NCBI GenBank assembly: GCA_032127815.1
Contig: JAQBHK010000326.1
Span: forward strand, 1 to 36,431
DNA: 36,431 bases
Source of the DNA: Desulfobacterales bacterium
GTDB lineage: Bacteria > Desulfobacterota > Desulfobacteria > Desulfobacterales > UBA11574
Reading direction: 5' to 3'
The position numbers and the translations under genes were made by a program. Of the stretch, positions 10,322-18,876 are shown piece after piece (the stretch's first letter is position 1; the number at the start of each line of letters is the position of its first letter). The notes beneath the pieces were generated by a model. It did no database searches, had not been told where the DNA came from, and worked only from the letters and a program-made list of their open reading frames with translations.

Positions 10322-10338
10322 AGCAAAAAGGGGGCCAA
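10322..10338 (-). promoter_or_regulatory. Sigma54 (-24/-12) promoter of the chemotaxis operon
   Basis: Minus strand TTGGCCCCCTTTTTGCT (GG-N10-GC), about 70 bp upstream of the 10254 start. Confidence 0.75.
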
Positions 10339-10443
10339 CCAGGCTTATGGATTGGCTATCTGAACGATATCAGTGGCTTATTAGTTTTTTCCGGGTGGGG
10401 CGGCTGGAAACAAACCAAAGAACTGTACATAACAAAAAGACAA

Positions 10444-10483
10444 AAGTTCACGACAGTGAATAGCTGTTCAGATCAGTAAACAG
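10444..10483. promoter_or_regulatory. Putative enhancer (UAS) sites for a sigma54 activator
   Basis: Two imperfect palindromes, gttcacgacagtgaat and gttcagatcagtaaac, about 110-145 bp upstream of the -24 box. Confidence 0.5.
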
Positions 10484-10513
10484 GGGGCAGGGTCAGAAAA
10501 AGTGGCCGGCGGA

Positions 10514-11938
10514 TCATTGGGGCCAACCGAAGCGGGATATCCCATATTTTTTCATCAGCGCATAGATCCAGGTGCGGCCCAGGCCGGAGATGCGGCTGGC
10601 TTCCTTAACGGAACCTTTGGAAAAGGATATCAATGATTCCAGATATTTTCTCTCACCTTCCGCAATCATGCGCTCTTTGTATTCATTAAAATTTGGAAAT
10701 TCGAAAGAAGGCGGGGGGGGGGGTAATTTCTCCTGATTATTTAAAGGTGCAGGCGCTTTCTGCAGGGATGTTCTTGCGGCCCGGATGCGAATATCGGTGG
10801 GCAGATGCTTGGGGAATATCACGGGTTCTGTTCCGGAGACCACAATGGCCCTTTCCAGGGCATTGACAAGTTCACGGACATTTCCCGGCCATGAATGCCC
10901 GAACAACATCGCCAGGCACTCAGAAGAGAGTCCTTTGAGCATCAGATTGTTTTTTTCGCAAATTTTGCCCATATAATATAAAATAAGTTCTTTGAGGTCT
11001 TCGCGACGCTCGTGCAGGGGCGGTACCTTTATTTCGATGGTCTTTAACCGATAGAAAAGATCGCTTCGAAACGCATCGGTATGATAAATGTGTTTCAAAT
11101 TTTGATTGGTGGCGGCAATCAGCCTGAAATCGCTATAGATTTCCCGTTTGCTGCCGACAGGTCGGAAGTGTTGCTCCTGAAGCGTCCTGAGAAAAGTTTT
11201 TTGCACGGACAATGGCAGCTCACCGACCTCATCCAGAAAAAGCGTACCCCCGTCGGCCTGCTGAAAGAGCCCTTGTTGATATTTTTCCGCTCCGGTGAAG
11301 GCTCCTTTTTCATATCCAAACAGCGCACTTTCAACCAGGGTTTCAGGAAGGGCCGCACAATCCACGACAACCCAATTCTTGTCCGCACGTGAGCTGTTGG
11401 CGTGAATGGCCCGGGCGAAAAGCTCCTTGCCGGTGCCGGTTTCGCCCGTGATCAGGACGTTGGCATGACTGCTTGCCGCCTGGGCCATAAGGTCGAGACA
11501 GGCCTGCATCTGGGGACTGTTGCCGATAATACCCTCTCTTTTCAGGGCTATTTTGGGGCGGTTGGCTTCTTTTTCCTGCCGGTATTGAAGAACCTGGGCC
11601 AGAGACAGCTTTAAATCTTGCAGGGAAGACGTTTTCTGAATGTAATCCCAGGCGCCGCTGTCGATAGCCAGTTCAGCACCATCCGAACTGCCGGCTCCGG
11701 TCATGATGATGACATCCGGTGAGGACTTGGACACCCGAATTTGGGGCAGAATGGATAGACCGCTCCCATCGGGCATCTGCACATCCAATAATACTACATC
11801 ATAGGGGTTGGAGCGTGCTTCCTTCAGCCCGGCAGCCAAAGTGTGCTCACAGACAGCATCGTGTCCCATCTGGTTCACCAGACCCGACAGCATCTTACAC
11901 ATCGCTTGGTCATCATCTATGATCAGGACTTTTATCAT
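10514..11938 (-). CDS. Sigma54-dependent response regulator, NtrC family (REC-AAA-HTH)
   Basis: VLIIDDD/LLDVQMPDG; GETGTGKE; GAFTGA; LFLDEVGEL; WPGNVREL; C-terminal HTH; ATG 11938 has an AAGGA RBS (the track start 11968 is TTG). Confidence 0.95.
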   Translation of the reverse strand: MIKVLIIDDDQAMCKMLSGLVNQMGHDAVCEHTLAAGLKEARSNPYDVVLLDVQMPDGSGLSILPQIRVSKSSPDVIIMTGAGSSDGAELAIDSGAWDYIQKTSSLQDLKLSLAQVLQYRQEKEANRPKIALKREGIIGNSPQMQACLDLMAQAASSHANVLITGETGTGKELFARAIHANSSRADKNWVVVDCAALPETLVESALFGYEKGAFTGAEKYQQGLFQQADGGTLFLDEVGELPLSVQKTFLRTLQEQHFRPVGSKREIYSDFRLIAATNQNLKHIYHTDAFRSDLFYRLKTIEIKVPPLHERREDLKELILYYMGKICEKNNLMLKGLSSECLAMLFGHSWPGNVRELVNALERAIVVSGTEPVIFPKHLPTDIRIRAARTSLQKAPAPLNNQEKLPPPPPSFEFPNFNEYKERMIAEGERKYLESLISFSKGSVKEASRISGLGRTWIYALMKKYGISRFGWPQ

Positions 11939-12237
11939 GAATTTGATCCTTGGACTTTCTTCGGCCAATCATCAAAAGCATACCAAACTATATCCGATAG
12001 TTCTTTTACAATAAAAACGAAGAAAAACTTTTTTCCCATCGATTATATCCTATTTAACATTGACCTCGTCAATATTAATATTGAAAACATCCCTATAGAG
12101 AATGTAGCCTAGCTTTTCCATGCTTACATTCCACCCCACCTTTTGATTTCGAATTGCTGAAACTGGCGGTTTGAAACTTGAACCGTCCCCCCTTTTATAG
12201 ACACTTTTTTAATCATTATAAGATATATCAGAGTTTT

Positions 12238-12894
12238 TCAATACTTATCGACAATCACCCTCTCGACATCATGAATCTTGCCTTGAGTTTTTAACTCCTC
12301 AAGGTTAAAAAGATCATCTCCTATAAGTTTCGAAATATTACCCATGTTTTCAAGTTCTTCCATGGTGTAGCCAAGAATATGCGGCACATTTTCACAAATG
12401 AATGTGAATTTGCCATCGTCATCTGTGACAAACACAGGGTCTGAAATATTTTCCATAGTGAGGCGGTGTAGTTCTTCAGATTCTCTTAATTTCTCCTCTG
12501 CCTGCTTCCGTTCAGCATCAACATGAGCAATATAGAGCGCCATCTCAATAGTGATCTTAAGGTCTTTATCCTGGAACGGCTTGAGGATAAAGCCGAAAGG
12601 CATCGTGAGCTTGGCGCGTTCAAGCCGTTTCTCATCCGCATAGGCCGTAACAAAAACAACCGGTGTGCCGAAGCGGGACCTGATGCTTTCGGCAGCTTCA
12701 ATCCCGTCCATCTCGCCCTTGAGCACAATATCCATCAGCACCAGATCAGGCTTATGCTCCGCAACCTTCTGAACCGCTGCCTCTCCAAAAGACACGATGG
12801 CAGGCACCACTTAGCCAAGATTTTTCAGACGGCTTTGAATGTCCATTCCGATAATAGCGTCGTCTTCCACGATCAATATTTGTGCTTTCCCCAT
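12238..12894 (-). pseudogene. Receiver + PAS protein pseudogene (internal nonsense codon, probably 3'-truncated)
   Basis: ATG 12894 MGKAQILIVEDDAIIGMDIQSRLKNLG*VVPAIV: TAA at 12811-12813 where receivers usually have Tyr (GY); the same frame continues through DLVLMDI...KPF and half a PAS domain. Confidence 0.85.
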
Positions 12895-12923
12895 GACTTA
12901 ATCCTTGCTTCATAAAAAGCGGC

Positions 12924-12952
12924 TTGACATGGCCATAAAGATGGCCTATATT
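12924..12952 (+). promoter_or_regulatory. Sigma70 promoter with an operator palindrome for the TA operon
   Basis: TTGACA-17 bp-TATATT; the spacer holds ggccat-aaag-atggcc; ATG follows after 6 nt. Confidence 0.8.
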
Positions 12953-12958
12953 ATTGCC

Positions 12959-13201
12959 ATGAAAGTTGCCAACATTGCCGAACTTAAAAATAATTTAAGC
13001 AAAATCCTTACCCTTGTGGAGCAAGGCGCGATAGTGGAAATTCGCAAACGCAATGTCCCCGTCGCCCATCTGGTTCCCATCGACGCCAAAGAGAAACAGA
13101 ACCGCACCAGGCTGGGTTGCGGCAGGGGAAGCGTTCAAGTCAAAACCGATTTGACGGAACCCCTCATCCCTGAAGGGAACTGGGAGATGCTAAAAACATG
13201 A
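12959..13201 (+). CDS. Type II antitoxin, Phd/YefM family
   Basis: MKVANIAELKNNLSKILTLVEQGAIVEIRKRNVPVAHLVP; ATGA overlap with the PIN gene. Confidence 0.9.
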   Translation: MKVANIAELKNNLSKILTLVEQGAIVEIRKRNVPVAHLVPIDAKEKQNRTRLGCGRGSVQVKTDLTEPLIPEGNWEMLKT

Positions 13202-13590
13202 AGCTTCTTCTGGACACCTGCTGCATCATCTGGGCTGTTTCCGATCCGGAATCGCTCTCCGATACGGCGGCTACCCTGCTGCAAGCAACAGCTTCAGAGA
13301 TATTTGTTTCTCCCATAAGCGTTGCGGAGATCGCCTGCGCATCGGAGCGCGGCCGCATTGAGTTCAACCGCCATTGGAAAACATGGTTCCGGCACTACAT
13401 CGAACTGAACCAATGGCAGGTAGAACCTGTTGATCTGGCCATTATGGAAGAAGCCTATTCCCTTCCGGAAAAGTTTCATGCCGATCCGGCCGATCGTATC
13501 ATTACGGCTACAGCCAGATTGAAGAATTACACGATTCTGACAGCCGACAGCAAGATGCTCTCCTACCCCCATGTCAACACCGCCTGGTAA
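13198..13590 (+). CDS. vapC: Type II toxin, VapC/PIN ribonuclease
   Basis: LLLDTC, SPISVAEI, HADPADRIITATA, LTAD. Confidence 0.92.
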   Translation: MKLLLDTCCIIWAVSDPESLSDTAATLLQATASEIFVSPISVAEIACASERGRIEFNRHWKTWFRHYIELNQWQVEPVDLAIMEEAYSLPEKFHADPADRIITATARLKNYTILTADSKMLSYPHVNTAW

Positions 13591-13607
13591 AGCCCGACTG
13601 CTTTCGC

Positions 13608-13685
13608 TTGAAACTTGAAACTCGAAACTCGCCTGCCCGGCGAAGCCTGGGCAACCAGCATCAAGTTTCCAGTTTCCAGCATCAA
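13608..13685. repeat. 7-nt periodic repeat tracts around a GC hairpin
   Basis: ttgaaac ttgaaac tcgaaac tc[gcctgcccggcgaagcctggg]caa ccagcat caagttt ccagttt ccagcat caa. Confidence 0.6.
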
Positions 13686-13822
13686 TCCCCCTCGTCCAGC
13701 ACCTCTCGCATTTTTTTGGCAAGCTCCCTCATAATCACCGGCTGCATAATAAATCCGCTGATTCCCCATGCCTTCGCTTTCTCGTCACTAATTTGCTCAC
13801 TAAAACCGGAACAAATGAACCA
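13682..13822 (-). pseudogene. Orphan 3' end of a receiver domain (hybrid kinase tail)
   Basis: Hand translation WFICSGFSEQISDEKAKAWGISGFIMQPVIMRELAKKMREVLDEGD*; no start; begins right after the plsY stop. Confidence 0.75.
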
Positions 13823-13824
13823 AA

Positions 13825-14439
13825 TTAGTTTGATATTGTCGGTTCTGTTCCCGACAAAAGCCGTTTGATATTATCCGTGTGACGGATATAGATGAATATG
13901 GTTGTTGCCACGGCACATACGGTGAAGGTCGTGGAATGAGAGGACTCCCAAACAGCAACCGGCAGGACGGCCGCTGCCGCAAGCGACCCTGCGGAGACTC
14001 GATCAACCCAGCAGACAAACATGATAAAGACCAGTATCGCGACAATGCCGGCGGCGGGTGATATTATAAAAAAGCAGCCGGCGGCGGTGGCAACTCCTTT
14101 GCCGCCGTCTTTGAATTTTAAATATACCGGATACAGGTGCCCGGCAAAAGCACAAAAAGCGACAACGGCAATGTAGATTTCACCCTGCACATCACCCGCA
14201 CCTGTGATGGTCAAAGCCAGCCAGACCGGAATAGCGCCTTTCAGCACATCCCCCGCAAGGGTCAGCGCACCTAATGCCGGACCGGCCAGTCGTCTGACAT
14301 TGGTGGCACCGATGTTTCCGCTGCCGTGCCGCCGGATATCGACTGAAGTAAACATGCGGGTCAAAACAAGGCCCCAAGGGATTGAGCCCAGAAGGTATGC
14401 AAAAAAAGGGAGTGCTATAAATTTCATCATGTTAAACAT
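13825..14439 (-). CDS. plsY: Glycerol-3-phosphate acyltransferase PlsY
   Basis: YLLGSIP, DIRRHGSGNIGATNVRR, DVLKG, GHLYP, GGKGVAT, HTDNIKRLLSGTE. Confidence 0.96.
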   Translation of the reverse strand: MFNMMKFIALPFFAYLLGSIPWGLVLTRMFTSVDIRRHGSGNIGATNVRRLAGPALGALTLAGDVLKGAIPVWLALTITGAGDVQGEIYIAVVAFCAFAGHLYPVYLKFKDGGKGVATAAGCFFIISPAAGIVAILVFIMFVCWVDRVSAGSLAAAAVLPVAVWESSHSTTFTVCAVATTIFIYIRHTDNIKRLLSGTEPTISN

Positions 14440-14477
14440 TTAATTGAATTTTAACTCAATTAAGGTAATATCATATC

Positions 14478-14759
14478 ATGAAACCGATAAAAATGCCCAT
14501 AGAAGATATTCTGGACCTGCACACCTTTCAACCGCGGGATATCCCGGACCTGCTGGAGGATTACTTTACCGCCTGTATTGAAAAGCAAATCTTTTCTGTA
14601 CGCATTATTCACGGCAAAGGCAAAGGCATACTTAAAAAAAGAGTTCAGGAACTTTTAAAAAAAAATCCCATGGTATTATCTTTTAAAGCCGCACCTTACG
14701 ATGCCGGCGGGTGGGGGGCGACTCTGGTAGAACTTATACAAAAGGTCTCAAGCACTTAA
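14478..14759 (+). CDS. Stand-alone Smr domain protein
   Basis: LDLHTF, VRIIHGKGKGILK, GGWGATLVEL. Confidence 0.92.
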   Translation: MKPIKMPIEDILDLHTFQPRDIPDLLEDYFTACIEKQIFSVRIIHGKGKGILKKRVQELLKKNPMVLSFKAAPYDAGGWGATLVELIQKVSST

Positions 14760-17029
14760 TCTGTTTTGTCAGGTGCAGCATCCTTAATGTTCCGGATAAA
14801 ATCTAAATCTTTCCGGCTTCTTTGGGCCATTCGATTTTCAACTTCGTCCTTATCCAGACCCATTAAGATCTTATAAGCATTATATTTTGTCTTGCAAAAG
14901 TATATGTCAAAAGGGTCTTTGTGGTCTTTGCTTCTGTAAATCCTGATTCCGGGGACTTCATCTTTTTGTATATATTCATATTCTGCGTTGATCAGCAAAG
15001 GTTCAATGTCATGCTTGTTCTGCCAGGGAACGCAGGCACCCTCCATGCCGACGGCAGTATCCATGATGGATCTGAGTTTTTCGGTAACCCCGCCGACTGC
15101 AAGGATAATATCACCCGTTAAGGATCCGGTAACTCCGTATTTCTGATTGACCGGCTGCTTAACATAATCAGAAATCAGGGCAATATCCATGGCAACGGAA
15201 GCGCTGTCACCTTCTACGCCGTCATGCGCCTGAATATATTCAACATGCATCTCATAACCCACGTAAGGTGCCCCGATCTTCTTTAATACATGTTTGATTG
15301 ATGCTCTTACATTTTGCGCGGCAGCTCTGGCAATATCGCCGATCTTGCCGGGCGCCGTAACTGCATCTGCCCCTCCGGCAGTAATTTGACAATGAATCGG
15401 CAGGGGTAAGCCGAACATCTGGCCGCTCGATTTTGAATGAAATACCGCCAGACCGACGACGTAACCGATGGAGTCGGTCAAGGCGCTGATATATTTCTTT
15501 AGATCTTTCTTATGCTTAACAATCTCTTTGGAAAGAGTTCCTTCAAGACTTATATGCTTGCCCAGCGCGCATCTGACATGTTCTGATCGGACGAGTTGTG
15601 AATTGTCGATAATGGCCTCGAACTCAGCCGTCTTGATGATACCGTTTATCGGTCTTAACATACTGCTCAATTTTTTATCTGAGCTGCGGCATCGAAGTTC
15701 TTTAATGATTTCCAAAACAGCGCCTCTGGAAAATTCTCTCTCCTGCAGCTTATAACCTTCAGGGAGAGGTTTGCCGAAGATGTGCTCACTTCTTTTCCGA
15801 ACACCCTCATAGCCTTCTTTTTCTATTACCTCTTGCCAGACGTCCTGTAGTTCTCTTCCAAGATTAAGTATCTCCTGCTTAACATACTGAGCAACCTGTA
15901 TGATATTCTCGGGTGATTCCGGAACGGCACTTTCCAGTTGGATAATTTCTCCTTTATCCTCTATTCTACTAAGAAAAGCGCCGTCTCCTTCCTGCTGGAG
16001 AAATCCCAAAGTATCGTGGTTGCAGCATGCCACGATAATATTATCGGCCTTCAAATGATTTTCTGATCGGTCTGCCGCACCGCTCCCTGAATTCCTGCCG
16101 CCCTCAAGAATGAACTTCTTATTCTGCATTATCTCCAAAAGATCCGACATGTAGCCGACCTTGACCAGCGTTTTTAGCTCATCAATGTAAATAATCCGAG
16201 CTTTGGCATGGGCGCCTAAATACGCCCGCTTATGGGGAGGCGTATGAAGATTGCCGGACTGATAAGGATCATGCCTGAATCCCCCCTTCATATTCCTGGA
16301 ATCAGGTTCAGATACCCTGGCCATCAATTCCTTATCCTTGCCGGGGTCATAAAGAACTTCCGGAACCATATCAAATAGATGTTTGACGGCGTTCTTTTTA
16401 ACGGCCAGGGACTCTCTTTGTATTTTCTCCTGGACCTTGTGATTATTCTCCTGCATGTACATGAAGATTGAACCGATACCGGTAAGTCCGGTGGCAATAA
16501 ATGCTACAGGGAAGAAAAAGCCCGCCATCACACTGACACCTGTTGCCAGAAGCAGGCCGTTTCTTACTCTCCTTACCGAATTTATCTGATCTGCAAGACT
16601 GAATTTGTCGACACTGTTTTCAGCGGCTTCTATCGCGCTATTGAGTTCCTGGATGCGGTCCTCGATCTTTTCAGGATCTTCATAGGCAATTCGTATGTTG
16701 TTTTTATCCTTCCCCGGATAGGCTACAATTACTTCTTTCGGTCTCAAATAATCCCCCAGGGACTTGTCAAGAACCTCATTAAACATATTAGCAAGCATTG
16801 ACTTGCCGGTCCCCGGCTTGCCCACCATTAGGATATGCCCCTTGTTCTGCGCGATCTTCCTGATAGCAGCCTTGGCTTTATCCTGGAAAACAACTTGTTC
16901 TATCGGATCTTGGGGAACTTGAATCTGGGACGTATCTTCAAAAAAATCCAGCTGACGATCTAAATTTTGAGGATACTGCATCAGTTCCTGTATCCAGGCA
17001 TAGTCATTCTCTTTATAATCATGAATCAT
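14756..17029 (-). CDS. lonB: ATP-dependent Lon protease, archaeal LonB type (AAA+ with TM insertion, S16 protease domain)
   Basis: Walker A GKPGTGKS; hydrophobic insert GLLLATG...IFMYM; RHDPYQSG; Walker B IIYIDE; VEGDSAS catalytic Ser and GGVTEK Lys; no LonA N-domain. Confidence 0.88.
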   Translation of the reverse strand: MIHDYKENDYAWIQELMQYPQNLDRQLDFFEDTSQIQVPQDPIEQVVFQDKAKAAIRKIAQNKGHILMVGKPGTGKSMLANMFNEVLDKSLGDYLRPKEVIVAYPGKDKNNIRIAYEDPEKIEDRIQELNSAIEAAENSVDKFSLADQINSVRRVRNGLLLATGVSVMAGFFFPVAFIATGLTGIGSIFMYMQENNHKVQEKIQRESLAVKKNAVKHLFDMVPEVLYDPGKDKELMARVSEPDSRNMKGGFRHDPYQSGNLHTPPHKRAYLGAHAKARIIYIDELKTLVKVGYMSDLLEIMQNKKFILEGGRNSGSGAADRSENHLKADNIIVACCNHDTLGFLQQEGDGAFLSRIEDKGEIIQLESAVPESPENIIQVAQYVKQEILNLGRELQDVWQEVIEKEGYEGVRKRSEHIFGKPLPEGYKLQEREFSRGAVLEIIKELRCRSSDKKLSSMLRPINGIIKTAEFEAIIDNSQLVRSEHVRCALGKHISLEGTLSKEIVKHKKDLKKYISALTDSIGYVVGLAVFHSKSSGQMFGLPLPIHCQITAGGADAVTAPGKIGDIARAAAQNVRASIKHVLKKIGAPYVGYEMHVEYIQAHDGVEGDSASVAMDIALISDYVKQPVNQKYGVTGSLTGDIILAVGGVTEKLRSIMDTAVGMEGACVPWQNKHDIEPLLINAEYEYIQKDEVPGIRIYRSKDHKDPFDIYFCKTKYNAYKILMGLDKDEVENRMAQRSRKDLDFIRNIKDAAPDKTD

Positions 17030-18233
17030 CTTTGTATCCTCTGAAAGAATCGAGCAAATAGAATTTGCCCACTTCAGTTATGGAAGCACTCTTGTCAATT
17101 TCCGAATATACCTGAGGCAAAGCATCCTTGATAGGCTCTAGGGCTTTAAAATTATGCATCACAGAAAAGTTGACAAATAATCTATCTGCACTGGTCCTGG
17201 ACAGAGGAACATAGTTGAATGTAACCCCTAATTGAGAATGATTCAATACACGTTTGATGACACTTTTTTTGCTTGGCGCTATGCCATGTATCTCAAAGAC
17301 TCTTCTGTATATATCAGGAAGGTTAGCTTCAGAATAGTTGATCTCAAGCTGTTGATTAAAAAACAATTTCATCGGCTCGGCTTTGCCGGTCATGCATAGC
17401 TTAAGCGACTTATTTAATTTTGGATTCATTTTAATTAATTGAGCAAACAACTGCAGATAATGTAAAAGTTTGACATCCTCAACCCAGTATTTGACTTTAT
17501 CATCAACGCCTAGAACACAGGCCTTAGTCTCTCCATTTATTACAAACTTAATCAGTCTGTATGATTTTTCTACTGCATAAGATTGGAAATCAAACCCCTT
17601 CATTTCGAACAACCCATCTGAAAGATAGGCCCTTTCAAGAATCACACCAACATTTTTATAAATAAATTCAGCTATATAATCAATTTTAGCATCTATACTG
17701 CCTTGAATGTTTAAATATGAAAGATTGCCGCCAACATCCTGACATGTCCCGACAATATCTGCTATCTTACTCTGGTCCAAACCGGATAGTCTTTTAATTA
17801 CAGGGTCATAAGGCCTTAATAATGCCATCACCCGGTTTAAGTGCAGTTCAAGATTCTCATCATTCATGGGGGCTTTATTTGTCACGTAATTTGACAGGAG
17901 GGCCTCAGGAGGCATGTACTCATCTTTAATCAGCCCATGCAACTTTTTGGGCAATATTTTCCTGATCTTTCTTTTAATTTCATAAAATGGCGGGTAGTAA
18001 TGGACCTCGCATCCAATCAGTTTTTTTTTTACATGGATGGGATTAGGATCCAGCAAGTACCGGCCTAATTCAGATAAGCTGTATGCGGTTACGGTCTCTG
18101 TTTTACCCCCCTCACAAATGCGGCTTAAATCCATATTTGTGAGCTTGCCTTTAGAGATTACCCATATATTGCCTGGTCGCAATTTTGCTTTATCATTAGT
18201 CATTCGCACTCGGTTTCCAGAACTGTCGGTCAT
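17019..18233 (-). CDS. Hypothetical soluble protein (about 404 aa) overlapping the lonB start
   Basis: Long ORF; ATG 18233 with AAGGA upstream; 11-nt overlap with lonB; no recognised motif. Confidence 0.8.
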   Translation of the reverse strand: MTDSSGNRVRMTNDKAKLRPGNIWVISKGKLTNMDLSRICEGGKTETVTAYSLSELGRYLLDPNPIHVKKKLIGCEVHYYPPFYEIKRKIRKILPKKLHGLIKDEYMPPEALLSNYVTNKAPMNDENLELHLNRVMALLRPYDPVIKRLSGLDQSKIADIVGTCQDVGGNLSYLNIQGSIDAKIDYIAEFIYKNVGVILERAYLSDGLFEMKGFDFQSYAVEKSYRLIKFVINGETKACVLGVDDKVKYWVEDVKLLHYLQLFAQLIKMNPKLNKSLKLCMTGKAEPMKLFFNQQLEINYSEANLPDIYRRVFEIHGIAPSKKSVIKRVLNHSQLGVTFNYVPLSRTSADRLFVNFSVMHNFKALEPIKDALPQVYSEIDKSASITEVGKFYLLDSFRGYKDDS

Positions 18234-18627
18234 CACAATAGATTCCTTCTCCAAAGGCGCATTACGGAAAGCCAGCCAAACTCGCTCTTAGATCATAACC
18301 GCCTGTATATTGCTCTAAAATTTAAATACACCCTAACATATAGCAACCATGCTTTATCATGATATTTTAATGAATATGAAAAGGAATTGCAAGATGTTCA
18401 ACTGATTTAAAGCATAAAACCACGCAACCTGATACCATATAATCTTTTTCGGTAATATTCATCTTTTTCTTAAGTCAATATTTTAGGTATCAAATAAAAA
18501 ATTGCTATTTATTACAAATTTGTTATACGTTCGGTCCTAATACAGACCTCGTCATTAACCAGATGAAAATGGCCGTAGACCGTTATATGCTACGGGATTT
18601 CACAAAAATTGGACATCCAGTCGGTCT

Positions 18628-18813
18628 GGGTTAGGAGGTTTACCCGCCTTTGGCGGCGCCGAAGGCGACCAGGGTTCAGGGTTCAGCGTTCAGGGTTAAT
18701 CGCTTCACGCTTTTTTCCTACCATTGATTCCATAGAGGTAATTAAATGAGGGGATCAACCTCTGAACCTTTGAACCCGCCGGAAGCGGGCAAGCCTCTGA
18801 ACCTTTGAACCCT
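18628..18813. repeat. Element bounded by inverted periodic repeats (ggttcag)n ... (tgaacctY)n with small GC hairpin inserts
   Basis: agggttcagggttcagcgttcagggtt ... aacctctgaacctttgaaccc[gccggaagcgggc]aagcctctgaacctttgaaccct. Confidence 0.7.
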
Positions 18814-18876
18814 ATTTTTTGATTAGAAAGGCACGCTCAACGAACCGACCAGGAGCATCCCGGGAAAGGTTGCTGC

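Noticed and set aside
10514-11938. Calling this gene ntrC
   Set aside because: Family-level match only; no ntrB partner, and the context is chemotaxis
12811-12813. In-frame stop as possible recoding (Sec/Pyl)
   Set aside because: The codon is TAA, not TGA/TAG, at a usual Tyr position, and the gene also appears truncated; simple nonsense mutation
13294-13722. ORF beginning MPKKCERCW, resembling the IleRS C-terminal zinc finger
   Set aside because: It is an alternative frame of the receiver-tail remnant and runs antisense through vapC; the second Cys pair is absent
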